From the NCBI GenBank assembly GCA_038496445.1, contig JALMLS010000466.1:806001-870000 (forward strand): a DNA stretch of 64,000 nt, given 5' to 3'. Source of the DNA: Trichosphaerium sp. ATCC 40318. Its lineage: Eukaryota; Protista; Tubulinea. Of this stretch, positions 12,822 to 31,388 are shown piece after piece; the stretch's first letter is position 1; the number at the start of each line of letters is the position of its first letter. The notes below the pieces were generated by a model. The model had not been told where the DNA came from. It made no database searches and saw only the letters and a list, made by a program, of their open reading frames with translations. The position numbers and the translations under genes are program-made.

Positions 12822-15800
12822 TTAATTTAAGAATCCTTGGCTTTGATTGAACATTGAAGATCGACGCTTCTTCTTAGGTCGTTTTTTAGCTTTTAGTATT
12901 GGCTTAGGTAGTACCTGTGGACATTAGAAAAGTAGTATAAGATCATTATGTTTAGTACTTGTGTAGGTGCTGTTTGGCTTGATTCAAACATGTCTTCATC
13001 AGATGCAGTGCTGGCTCTACGTTTGCGCTTTCTTGAACGGCTAGATACAACAGCAGCCAGTGCACTAACACAAGATAAATACATTGATATAGAAGTAGCT
13101 ATGTACGGTTGGCTTGAAGTAGGTTGGAGCGCTTGACTATCAATAGGGAATTCAAAGTCATCTTCTGCAGCTTGCTCCTTTTGTAGTTTTTGAACTGCAA
13201 GAGACGCTTTTTTCTGTGTCCATTCAAATTGTATATTATCTATAAGACCTAAACAGTGTAAGTACGAGCTGTGCACGTATTTCATTAGTAAAAACATACT
13301 CGCTGTAAAGAGCATATCTTTTTCTTCTATTTTTCTTTTTGATTGTGCTTTGACTTCATCAAGCAACATCGCATTTTTCAAATCTTCAGGAAACAACTCC
13401 TCATCAGACATTGATTCTTCATCCTTTCCAAAGAAATTTCCTTGTTTCTCTGATGACGAAGATGTAACCTCTATGAAAAAAGCGTCAGTACATTTAAGAA
13501 TAAAGTAAGAAATGGAAATACGAACCTATTTCAGAAACTGCAGAAATCGTGTCGAGGTACCACACAGACAATGTTTTATCATCATTAACTTGATACTCAA
13601 CCTCTTTCACATCTTCCATCTCTCGTAAATGTAGAGACAAAGCAGCACAAGATATATTTGTGTTCCTCTTTAAAAAGCGAAAGATTTCGTTCCTAAAAGG
13701 ATAATCAAAAAAAACTGACACAGAATTATTTCTTATTATTTTACGTTGTTCTTGGGTGCCCCTTCAAGAGTTTCTTTATCGCCGACGATAATCTAAAATA
13801 TGCTTTAATTATAATAGGTTATCTTAAGATGACATACGTGTTTATAGGGTGTTGTTGATTCACATTAGATTTCTTGATTTTTGGTGCCTTACCAAACTCC
13901 ATATTTATTCCTTTTTTTGTATTAGTTAGTCTAACCATACTTTCGATTTTGAAGACGTACTGTGCCACATATCTCCAAGCTCACAATCCAAAGTTACTAC
14001 AGCCTTTCTTATACATCCAATAATAGTACGATCCAAGTCATTATACTCAACAACACGCTGCTTAACATCAACAGACTCTAGATTATTTTGTAGAATATGA
14101 TAAGGACAACAAAAGACATTTCCGCATTCATCAGCATGGATAAATAAAGCATTCTCTTGTTCGCCCTCCCCTTTGAAAATCAAAGAACATGCGCCGCTAA
14201 GAAGCGAACATTCCAAGTACTGTTTACGAGGTAAATCATAAGTCTCGTAGATAGGTATAACTGGTTTAACTGAATCTAAGTATGTGTATATTGTTTGTTG
14301 TGTATCCAGTGGTATTGGTGGCTCGTTTGGAGATTCAACGTGCTTTAATAGGCTTTTGTACTTATTCTTTGGATTCAGTTTATATCTATACAGAAGCATC
14401 CTTGGTGCGTGAAAATTGACTGTAAATAAATAATCTTGGAAGACGGTGAAGGAAAAAAAACAGTAAAAAATAGGAAAGAACATAGAGCAATGGAGAAAAC
14501 CTCCAACACATCTTGTGTTAAATTATTGTATGCAGGATACTTATAGAAGAATCTCTTGGATCCGAATATACAGATATCGAGTGTGGAGTGAATTCCTACG
14601 AAGAACCAAACAGTTAACTTGAAAAGTCTTCGTGTACTCGAAAAACACTTACAAAATTCTGCCATTTTAATAGAGGTAATTTCAAGTATCTCGTATCCAT
14701 TAGTGATATATAACTACGTGATACCAAGAATACATGAAACGGTTGTGTTGGGTGCCTCGCCTATAAGATGATAATCAGAAGAAGAACATTTCTGGCCCCA
14801 AAATCCAAAATTGTTGATTGTTTCTTCCGCTTCACGTGCCATCTGTAAAATTGTATTTATTTTCTCATTAGATCCTTTTTGTACAAGTTTCGCTTCTACC
14901 TTCTTGGTCTAGTTCAAAAGTTTACTTGTTAACAATAACAATAGTGAAGTAACAATCAAAATAAAAAACGTACTGTAAAATCAATAGTATACAAGTCACA
15001 ACCACTTGAAAGTAAAATCTTACGACCCACTGTGCAATAGCATATCCTCTTATGAGTAGATGTATTGTCAAGCTTTTTAAGAATAACCTTGTATCTTTAG
15101 CATTAAGTTAGATTATGAGATAGGCAATGAAGATTGGCGTACTTTTTAGGTTCATAGCTATTCCAAATATATACTTGACCACCCATCGTTGCAACGGCAA
15201 TCTCAAAATGAGTTGGACAAATAGCAACATCAGCTATTGCTTGACCACAACTAAGGTGCTTTATCAAACCAAGTGCAATCTCACCAGTAGTTTCATCTTT
15301 TCTTAACATTTAGCACTAATACAATACAAAGGCAATTTGTACCAAAAGTAACTTCATAGATGAATACAGAAGCAAGTGCTCGCACTACTACAGTGGGATT
15401 TTGTGTTTTGTGGACTAATACAGCTATTAAATATTCAAGATAAGTAAGAGTATGTGTACAAGAAGACTTTGTCGTTTGTAGTGATAAAATATCAGTTCCC
15501 AAGTCTTCTTCATCTGTATGTATACCGTGGTAGTTATGATTTGTGCTTGACATGATAGTTGCACTTGCGAATGTTAAGGAAAATAATTTTAAAAATTATG
15601 TGATAGTAGTAAAGGATATTCAAACAAGTTAGGTCAGGACCAGACATGTGAAACGTTACAACGTCCAAATCATGCTTAACACTGCCGTTAGGAAAAAAAA
15701 CAAACAATTTTAAAACCGTACCATACAACTCGCCACACGATTACCCAATTGATACGCTGGTTCCGGATTAAGAGACCACCATCTATGTTAATATTTAGAA

Positions 15801-16413
15801 AGAGCCTTTCTTTGAAAAATACACTACAACTTGAAATATCTTCAAAAATGACATTTTGACACTTGACACTTTCTTTTTAGTTTGAAAAACATACGTTGCA
15901 CGCTCTTGTTCAATACCTTCAATGGCAAGATCAGTTATCATTGGTATATCCAAGCCTGGTTCACAAGCAAATATCGTATTTGTAAGTGTAAGTGTCATTG
16001 GTTTGAGTTCTCTTCGAAAATGAGGAATATTGTAATGTTTCAATTCTGACACAATTTCATCCCTTATTAGTTTGTTAGAAGCTTTGCAATGCAAATAGGA
16101 GTGCTGCTGACTGTGTTTTTTCTCAAGCAGTGAGAACGGTTGAGGTTTTGAATTTTGTAAGCTTTAAACTCGTGCCTTCGCATTGAACGACTAACACTTG
16201 TCTTATTATGAGCTATAGGAACAGGACGCGATACTGGTATTAGCCATTGATGACCTTTTTGTTCATACAGCATTAGAATGTTATCAAACGCATTTAATAG
16301 TATCAAAAGGGCGTACTTGAATACTTCTCGCGTTTATACAAATGTACTTTGCCTTCACACCCAATATCTACACCACAAGGCGATAGGGGCACGAAAAATG
16401 GTAAAGACGTCAT
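12822..16413 (-). CDS. RNA polymerase I initiation factor TAF1C/Rrn6-like beta-propeller protein
   Basis: WD40-like strands (IADVAICPTHFEIAVATMGGQVYIW; VTLDCELGDMW); GNRVA...FHMSG and VVVRA segments reminiscent of TAF1C; low-complexity tail ending KKRPKKKRR...SQGFLN, like the basic-GF ends of TAF1C/Rrn6. Several exon boundaries are uncertain. Confidence 0.55.
15559..15619 (-). other. U12-type (minor) intron
   Basis: Minus strand: donor ATATCCTTT at 15619 and branch TTCCTTAAC at 15581-15573, both perfect U12 consensus, at the point where the reading frame must shift. Confidence 0.75.
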
Positions 16414-16553
16414 GATATGACAAGCACCTCAGGTTATTCTCAAAAAACGCAATAAAGAAAATCTTTGAAAAAGTGTACGTCAGATTGTTTTGTGCTTGCA
16501 TACTGGGAACCTAAAGTAGCAGTTTACTGCTCAAAACAAGTGTCAATTCAACC

Positions 16554-18614
16554 ATGCACGTTTACATTTGTGCAATGATCGTTCTAGCGCTTAGCAGCAC
16601 TATTGCTACCCCAACGTGCGACAAACAAAAAATTGGACAAACTGGTTGCGTTATTAATGAGCAGGGTACAAACGAGAACGCAGTACTCTTAAACTAACGC
16701 ATCACAAGCATATGTACCTGGGCCTGGCTGGTTTTCCATCGAAGTTACACCAAAGCGCCTGTCAGCACTAGAATATTCTTTTTCTAATCTTGTGTGCTCT
16801 CCTACTATACCACACTGTAAGATTGATCACTAAATAAGACAAATACCTAATTCACGAGATTTTAGGTGCAATTACCGTAGCGCTACTAAACAGTACTGAA
16901 ATGGGTCTACTACGCAATAACAGTGTACGCAGCTACAAAGTAGCTTTTTTCATAACAAATTATTCGCTAAAATGTACGAGATAGTTTGATGTTGCCAATG
17001 CATCTAACAAGCAAGGTTTAATAGAAAATAAGACGAATGGAAGCCAAAGCGTAAGATTTGATTTCGTGCTAACTCCGCATCGCTTTGATTTTTTCATCTC
17101 ATTAAAAAAACGTGTTGCTTTTTTTCTCTAAATATCGCCTGTAGGTGCTTTTCTCGGGCGAACATGAGACTCCTGATTACTCAATTGTTTATGTTAATCC
17201 TCACAATCGAGTAAACATAACATTGTCTTATAATATTTCGTACAGCATAAGAGGTGCACCATCGATAAACTTTTTTTTTGTCAAATCTATGCATTTTTTT
17301 ACCCTTTTTTTTTAATTGTTTATTCACTGGTTGATACTAGACTCGTGCTTGGCATTTTTCCTCGGTGCATCTGGGTTTATGATACTCCTATTTGCCATAA
17401 TCGTCGTGGCTGTCTTTCTGGAGATGTGCAAAAACAAGAAGAATGGCAAAGCTTCAGTAAGAGTTTTGAAAAAAAAAAATCAAGTTTCTTTATCTGATTA
17501 GTTGATTCTTAGACCCTTGTTCCAAAATACAAATATGTCATGCCTCAACCCTTCGAATGGTGTACTTGTGGATGGACTATCCCACTCTTACAAAAAGTGC
17601 GTTTTTTACGTCTTGGTAAAAGATCATGACGTCACATCAAACTCACAACAACTAGCAAGCAACAGGTTGGTGGTATTACTATCTTCATAATGACGACATT
17701 TTGTGGATATGGTTTCCAGACCCAGTTGAAGTACTAACGTGCGCTGTTTTTTGCAAAAAAATTTCTGAATTAGCAGGTGCATAGATTAAATTGTTAACAC
17801 TCTTAAGGCGAGCAGAACGCGTTGTTGTATCAATAACATTCATGCTTATGTATTTGCTCTTTTCAAGCACCTGGGGACGTAGTTTGAGTACGTAAACTAG
17901 CGTTACAAGATGGTTTTATCCCAATGAAGCAAAGATCTTATTATATTCCAATAGAACCACTTGAGCAAGATATTATCGGTGTAATACCCGATGAGATACT
18001 GTCCAGTTCAACAGTTATTCAGTTCATTGTGCTTAAAATTGTATCAGGTACGTCTCCATCTTAGTATTGGCAATTTTTGCCAATACATCTTGTTTTGGCT
18101 ATATTTTTCTTCATAATTTTAAATCGCTTACTCCTTTTAGGTGCAACACTTATTGCTATTATCGGTACATTTTACAAACCTCTTCTCCGTGTTATAAAAC
18201 AAGGTGCTTGTATATCATCCAGATCGAACTGGAAAAGATGTTTCAGTGCAGTTTTCTTATTGATAGGTACTAAAGTGTTTTTTTTATCTCCTCGTTACTC
18301 ATTTCCTCCTTCTAGCTGCCCTTGTTCTCTTTACACTTTTCTTGTTTGTCGCCGTATCTGTATTTTTTCTCCTGGATCGTTACACTTGTGAAGATCTCCT
18401 TGTCAATGTATTAATCTCTTTTGTTTTGACTGTGGTAACAAAGAACATAATCTTTGGATTTCCACTAAGATACCTGGCGTACAGAATTGAATGTACATTT
18501 GGTTCCCCACCACAACTACAAGCAACTATGGACGAGATTAATCTCATATGGAGCGAAACACCTGAAAATGCCACAGCTCTAATAGAGACTAAAGAGCCAG
18601 GAACAACAGACTAA
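16554..18614 (+). CDS. Multi-pass membrane protein with a signal peptide and Cys-containing ectodomain; function unknown
   Basis: Signal peptide MHVYICAMIVLALSSTIA; TM LAFFLGASGFMILLFAIIVVAVFL; further hydrophobic exons to the stop at 18614. The ILWIWFPDP...RRAERVVVSITFML segment weakly resembles polycystin TM regions. Confidence 0.6.
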
Positions 18615-18799
18615 TTTTTAACAAAGCAATCAACAAAAAAAAGGACTTTGTGCCTTTAAAAATAAATAACATACAAAGTAAACGCACTATTCCTCTTTGC
18701 ATATTTGTTTCATAGTGAAAAGAAGTCTTTTGAAGCACAGAGCTATGAAATGTAAAAAGTCAAACTACAATTGATAAATATTGTATTATTATCGTACAA

Positions 18800-20016
18800 A
18801 TGTCGCTTGTCGTTGACACGCACGTCCATGTTGGTGAGAACTGGTTTGAGCCAGTAGAGGCACTGTTGTTTCAGATGAAACGCAATGGCGTAGAGAAGGT
18901 AATGTACTATACACACAAATGCACTATACGCTAAATACCGCGTAGGCAGTACTTATACAGCATAAAGGTGCGAGTTTACACTTGATGCAGGATAAATTCG
19001 ATTAAAAGCGAAACCAGGCAACTTTGATAGCTCATATATGCTCAACTGCGTTGCTCAGCACCCTGGAAAATTTGTTGCGTGCTGTTTAGTAGACACTTGG
19101 ACAGAAAACAAGCCAGACGCTCTAAAAAGTACGTTGCGATGCTACACGAGTAATAATAGAAGTTAACAATATACAGCTCTGACAGAACTAAAAGCAAAGG
19201 GTGCCAAAGGAGTGCGCGTGTACATGTCAGAATGCCCTTCTGAAGGTACACAACCCAACAAACTAATGATTCTCTAACATTACATTTAATCAAGCCTCTG
19301 GCTATTGGAAAAAGTGTGAGGAGCTCGGTTTAGTAATAAGGTACAGCCATCAGTTTTTCTTATATTATTACGAAAAAAAGCTGATTTCTCGTAGTGTGAT
19401 GGGTAACTGCACTCAACTCTCCTCTGATTCGTTTGAAAGCATTGTAAAAAATCATCCTAAACTATCTATCGTACTTGAACACGCTGCTGGTATGCAAAAA
19501 AACCCAAATTATGTTTTTATGTTTCTCTTCTTGTTTTGACACATTGTAGGGTCTCACTTTGATACCTTTGAAACAGGGCTTCTCCAGCCTCCGTTTACAC
19601 TATTTAAAAAGGTCTTGGCTCTATCAAAATACCCAAATACATACGTGAAGGTGCCTGGTCTTGGAGAAATAAGTGAACGTCCACCTCTACTAACAGATGT
19701 ATTTCGTGTCAAAGTGCGTAGTACTACATTGTTTTTGTCTTTGTTTAAAAGCTCTCAGGGAACCCCACCAATAGTAGAGATGATCTATGAAGCGTTTGGA
19801 AGCAAGAGAATGATGTGGGGATCAGACTATCCTCCAGTTTCAGGTAACACGAATAAACACATAAAACTGCAATTACAGCTAACGCTTATCCTCCAAGGTC
19901 GTGAGGGGTATCATAACGCGTTACAAGGCATAAAAGATATGCCTTTTTTTAAAGATAAACAAGCAGAGCTAGCGCAGATACTTGGTAAAACTGCTAATGA
20001 CCTTTGGGGCTTTTAG
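18800..20016 (+). CDS. Amidohydrolase family 2 (TIM-barrel metallohydrolase/lactonase-like)
   Basis: N-terminal metal motif VVDTHVH; AVLIQ; IVLEHAAG; LSKYPNTYVK; FGSKRMMWGSDYPP. Confidence 0.88.
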
Positions 20017-20407
20017 GACCGAATGAGGAAGCTGTTGCTCAACAATAAAGTCCTCTCTTTCCAACTTACTTATTTGAAGCTGTTTAACGACAATACACGT
20101 TGTACGGCACCACGACTGCCAGGTCATTACAATAAGAACCCTCATGCTTTACGTTGAAAAGAGAATTTGTGGTACTTCAAAAAAAAGTAACTTGACATTT
20201 CTTGGTTTGGGTAAATGATCGAGATGTGTTCACAGTTACCAAGTCATTCAGTGTAGCGTTATCATGTTTTTGGGCGCCACTACCAATGCAAGCTTTAAAA
20301 TGTGGTGTACACAATGGGTTGTTTAGGAAATTATAGGCGAACAAATGTGATTGCGCGTCTGCAGTGTTTCCCATAGTTTTTAAACATATACAACAAGCAC
20401 ATCAAGG

Positions 20408-22135
<1,728 letters not shown>

Positions 22136-22560
22136 AGAAATGAATAAATTACTTTTCTTCATATTTTACCTGTCCTTATTTACAATCCCCAAACGATGTA
22201 CGACAAGTTTGCACTTACTGTGGTTTTTTGTAATTACGCTTACACGTGATAGCAACAATAACACTAACTAAAATAGTTATAATCTTGTAAGCCCTCAACA
22301 GGCTGTAACTAAAAGCTGTTCGAGTATGAGCATGAGTGCTGCTTACCAGGGTTTTGGCAAAATCAGGCATTTACAGCTCTTGTCCTGCGTAATTGTATTG
22401 ACTTTTCATTTACCTCCCCCGTAGTGAACCCAAGCAGCGTTCTTGGACAATGGAGAAAAGTGGGTCGTACAGTGGCACAGTGTAGATGTCGGGTCTTTAA
22501 GTTAAGCGCTCACCTTAAAAAATTAAGCAGAAATCACTGACATCAATCGATTGACTCGTC

Positions 22561-24368
22561 ATGCAAAAGGAAGGAGAAGATAGCGGTGATATTCAACTCG
22601 ACGTAGACGCAGAAGTTGAGGATATTCAACTCACAGCAGAAGACGAGGGAATCGTACAAGCAGTCCGTGAAAGCATAGATCTACAGCGCAACCGACAGCC
22701 ATCAAGCGCAGAGGAAGAACAGCCTACTGCAGGAGAAAGATTAACAGACCAAGATAAATCACCAGAAGTGTACCTTGAGGGAGAACCTGCAGAGGTATTG
22801 AGCGCATTTTATGCGATATTTTTGACTTTTACTTACGGTGTCTGTTTTCAAGACTCGAAACATCACTACCGCTAAAGGAGTCGTCAAAGTACAAATTCAC
22901 GGAGATTTGAAGCAACCAGCAATCGTTACTTACCATGCTGTCGGTTTAAATGGTGCGCACGCCCCAAAACTGCCCACAAATAACCATACACGTAGCTAAA
23001 ACAGCATGGAACGGTTTCGTTAACTACCCGGGCATAGATAAAATTTTCTCTAGAACGTGTCTAATTAACTTCATCGCACCTGGACAGCACGACGTACGTC
23101 ATTCAATATCGTTTTTAAAACCAGACGCACACAAAAAAAAAAACTCACAAAATATCAGAGCTAACAAGTATACAGGGCGCTGCAGCTTTACACCCGCGTT
23201 ATAAGCCAACAATTAATGACCTCGTGGACCAGGTGAAGGAAGCCATTGGCATTCTCGGGTACCGTTAATGTTTTTCTATCTGAACCCAAAAACTTTTGCT
23301 GAACCTTGTTTTGTTTTTTTTTTTTGACTACTTGTACCCTCTTTGTTTGCGTTGCATGTACAAGAAACTGTTCTAACTGTATTTAGTGTACGTTATTTCG
23401 TAGCTATGGGCGTTGGTGGTGGCGCACACGTGATGTTACATTACGCTGTACGTAGTTCTTTTTTGAAGAAATCTTCTAACGGAGTTATTTTTTTCTATTT
23501 TACCTACTTTGTAATATACGTCTAATGTCGTTATTAGTTGCAACATCCAAAACCTGTACGCGGATTGATATTCATATCAGGAAACGCAGATTCTGAGGGA
23601 TTCTTGTCATGGGGAAAAGGATTGGTGAGTACAGAAAAGCCCGGATTCTTAGCTTTAAAATTCCGTTTTGGTGCCTCTGCAAAAAGCTTTTCTCACTCTT
23701 CACTACACGCATTGATCTTGGGTACTAATATGTGTAATAGCTCGATAAAGCAATGTGGAGCGCCGAAGGTCCTGTCCCAGAACGTGTGGTAAACGGATTT
23801 GTCTCCAGATTTTTCTCAAATGTACGTAACGAGTCAAAAAACTTTCACGTGAAGACGATTTCGTAATTGGTGTCGTTAGGATGCCGTCACCGCAAATACA
23901 AAATTAGTTCAAAAGTACAAGGAAGAAATAGCCAAGTTGAACCCAGCCAATCTCGCGCACTTTGGCGCAGTTATTAACTCAAGAGATAATCTCCTAAAAC
24001 GCGTAAATGCGGAGCTCAGGCACGTCATCTTTTTTTTTTTTGAGTATCCGCTACGAACTATTCCGCTAACGCATTAAATTAGCTGCCCACTGTTGTTGAT
24101 TACCGGTAAGGAGGGTCCAAGTCATCCAAATGTTATGGAGCTTTACTCGCGCCTTGATCCATCCAAATGCGCTTCAACTCTAGTTGAGGTACAATTTTCT
24201 TACATGTGTTACATTTTATTTTCCCAAACAATGTTTTTTATCAATTCACCATTATTTTTTTTCTAACACCCGAAAAAGATCCCTGGAGCTGGTGATTTAT
24301 GCCATATTGAAGATCCTGAACCTATCAGAGAGGCCCTTCATTTGTGGTTATTCAGCATGGGTATTTAA
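22561..24368 (+). CDS. NDRG/Ndr-family alpha/beta-hydrolase-fold protein
   Basis: GDLKQPAIVTYHAVGLN; INFIAPGQ; YPTINDL; GVGGGAHV; SCPLLLITG; ends LHLWLFSMGI. Confidence 0.85.
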
Positions 24369-24771
24369 TTTAGCCATTTCGTGTAACTTGTCGTACCCTT
24401 TCACCTTGTAATAAACATAAAAAGAAAAAAAATACAATTGACACGTAGACACGCTAGTTTCAAAGTAAAAACAACTTACGGTTTATGCGTTTTCCGTGCA
24501 TAATTTATTTTCTCGTGGTATTTGCCCGCAAAAAACCATAAGTATTACAATAAAGGGCAATTCGCTACAACAACACCTGCTACTCGCTGCTGCATTATAT
24601 ATATCAATACAAATCCTTTAGGCGGGTTTTAAACCATCCCTATACTGATAGCCGGCGAATTCGCGTTCACCAAAAAGAAAACCTTCAATATGAGTTCTCC
24701 TGTAGGAAAGGTACGCTTGAAACTCGATAATTTTACTTTGATCTTCCGAACCCGCCAAAAACGCGCTGTAT

Positions 24772-27093
24772 ATGCCTGGCGATCCGCCATGCGCCGCGTA
24801 CCACGTCATGACTTATTTTGGCGGCCTTTTTATGCTGTTACTTCTGCAAAGTGAAATTCACGGCACGGCTTCCGCCTTGCCCAAAACACGCATAAACGCA
24901 CGTAGACGGTATTGGTGACCACGTTTAGCGTGCGCAAAGTGCAACCTTTGTTCCCCAAACTGTTCCCATTCTCATTGCAGCCTTTTTTTATCTCATCAGC
25001 GTATACGTGCGACTCAATTAACATGTTACCTAGATACAAGTTCAAGTAACGACCGCTGAACTCGCACTTGAAGAAGGCAATTTTCTCGATGCAAAGAAAC
25101 ACTACGAAATTGCGTGCAAGTTATGTGATCACGCACAAAAATACTCACGTGATGCTCTGGTATGTCAAAGCATAAAACAGATTGTGAACCCAAAAAAAAC
25201 TCTTTACAACTTTTTTTTGAATCGGAGTTTTTTTTTTACCCCTCGGTGACGCGTCTACGTGTTTGTACTGATGTTCGTTTACGTAGGCCAAAGAACTCCT
25301 TCAGCTCATGAGAAACACATATGAATCTCGTGTTAAGAGTATAGACGACTATATCTACAATAAAGACATGTCTATAATGGTTGATACAAATGACTTGTAT
25401 GAAGAAGTTATAGAGGTTCGTAGTCCTTTTTATGTCTTTTTAGAATGTTGTCTGCCTTTGTAGTATCGTGCAGTTTTTGGCTTGAAGTTTTTTTGTCTAC
25501 AAAGATCCCCTTTGCTGTCACTCATCATGAGACGTAGGACGAATTGACTGAGGTAGAAGAGAATTACTACTACGAGCCAGAAGAAGAAGATACACCTGAA
25601 ATTGAGGTTAGTCTACAAGTCTTTTTGTTCTTTTTTTGGCCCAAAAGTTGTTAGCTTAAACTGACTTGTTCGTCCAATAGATGATTCAGCAGTCTTCCAG
25701 CCCTCTATCACTGAACAACGTACGCGCCAAATAAAAAAACTAAAACCTCAACGTATACAATATGTTGACGCCCTTTTTAGCTCTACTATGGCGTCAACAA
25801 ACTTGTTAGTTACATCAATTCTACGCCACCAAACTCGCCTCCTCCACCAAAAACAGAAGAAGGTACGACGCCAGTTCTTTACATCTTGTCATCGCTTACT
25901 CATTTACAAGACCTTTGGGGCTCTTTCTGTATTGTAGAGCAAGACTCTGCTTCACCTCATCGTTCAGTGAACTTCAAAGTCCAAAACCAGTACGTAGTAC
26001 AAAACTGTACACAAAGACTTTGTTTTTTGATCAAAAAAAAAACAGGAGTTGGAGTTCAACAAACTAACTGTTTATTAAAGGGATAAAAGGAGGTTAGAGC
26101 AAGTCATTACGCATAGCAAAAAGCAACAGAGGCTCATTGAAGCTTTGAGAAAGCAAAACCAGCTTTTATTGAAGGTACACGTTAGTGCCTAGTCACAAAG
26201 GAAACAAAATTTAATTAGTAAACTAAATTCTGTTTTCAGAACTTTTCATCGAATGGTATGCGTTCTATTCTACAAGAAAATACAAAACTAAGACGAAGTT
26301 TATTAAAGACTAAACAACCTGATAACTTCGTACGTCGACTAAGTTTGCTGTTGCCAAGTCCTAATCTTTTTTGTAGAGCGGGCGAAGCATGTCTACTATA
26401 CGTTCTGGTACATCGCCTTTTAGGCGAACTGTTAGTAGAGGAACTTCTGCTATTTCGGATGTTAATATGCTCAATACTCACAAGAATCGATTTTCTATTG
26501 CTGATAATGATACCAATATGATTACTCTACAAAAAGACTCTGGTACGTCAAACCGAACTTTTGGGCAATTCCGAAAAAACTCCTCAAATGATTTTGCTTA
26601 CAGATGCCTTAGATGATAAGATTGAGCGCCTTGAGCAAGCTCTTAATGAGAAAGACAACAACATAGAGGAACTCAACGCTAAGATTGAACAGTTGGTACA
26701 CTAGGACCTTATAACGTCTTTTGTAACTAACAACTTTGTTTAGAAGAACCTTTTGGATGTTCGTAAAATGTCAGAGTCTCCTACTGAGATTTATGAACCT
26801 GTTCCTTCAGGAAACACTAGTTATCAAGTCCAAAGCTTACAAGATGAAAAATCTGTTCTTGAACATCAACTCTCGGACTTACAAGCGTATGTGAAGGACA
26901 GGGAACTACAGATAAATCACTATGTATGTAACAAGTTAGAGTACTTCTTTTTCATTTCGAAACATTTTAGTAACTTGTAAGACAAGTTTTTTTCTTATTA
27001 TTTTTGTAGCGTCAAGAATTAGTTGAGAAGAATAAAAGGCTAAGTCAATGGACAAAGAGATTTAACGAACTTGCTGAAGGGATCAGCAAGTAA
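24772..27093 (+). CDS. MIT-like domain and coiled-coil protein; start codon uncertain
   Basis: AELALEEGNFLDAKKHYEIACKL...LMRNTYESRVKSI resembles an MIT three-helix bundle; downstream heptad-rich exons. Confidence 0.55.
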
Positions 27094-27325
27094 GGGCGAT
27101 TATTATATGGAGATGGCGGGGTGTAGAGCAAAAGGGAAATGTATAGGGAAGTATTGTAGAGAGGAAGTTCCCCATCGAAGGGTTTTTTAAACTATTGTAA
27201 ATTTGTACAAAGCATAAAACATGTTGTATTTTAAGTAAAAATAAGTTGTTACAAGAATATTAAGGGGTGTCCTTGTTTGTTCGGTTTGGTCTGTCTTTGT
27301 AGTTTTTGGATGGTAGTGGTGTTGT

Positions 27326-29046
<1,721 letters not shown>

Positions 29047-29132
29047 CACGGGAGTCTTTTGACAATTGTTTTGAAAAAGTCAACAAATGTCATTCCAATT
29101 CTGCAGTCTCTTTAAAACACGGACGATTTACT
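29047..29132. promoter_or_regulatory. Putative bidirectional promoter shared by CPOX and FECH
   Basis: 86 bp between two divergent ATGs; it must contain both 5' ends. Confidence 0.65.
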
Positions 29133-31199
<2,067 letters not shown>

Positions 31200-31388
31200 T
31201 AAAATCATCAATTTTTTCAAGAACACGTGTTATCTTTAAAAATGCTCTTTATTTTTCTAAACTAAGCAACAAAATGGACGTGGCCTGTTGTTAGTAGTGC
31301 TTTTCTAGGGTTCTTTGCTGGTTCATTACTGTACAGCCTTGTTCTTACGACACCTTTTATTTTTACTAGATGATACAAGGTACACAAA

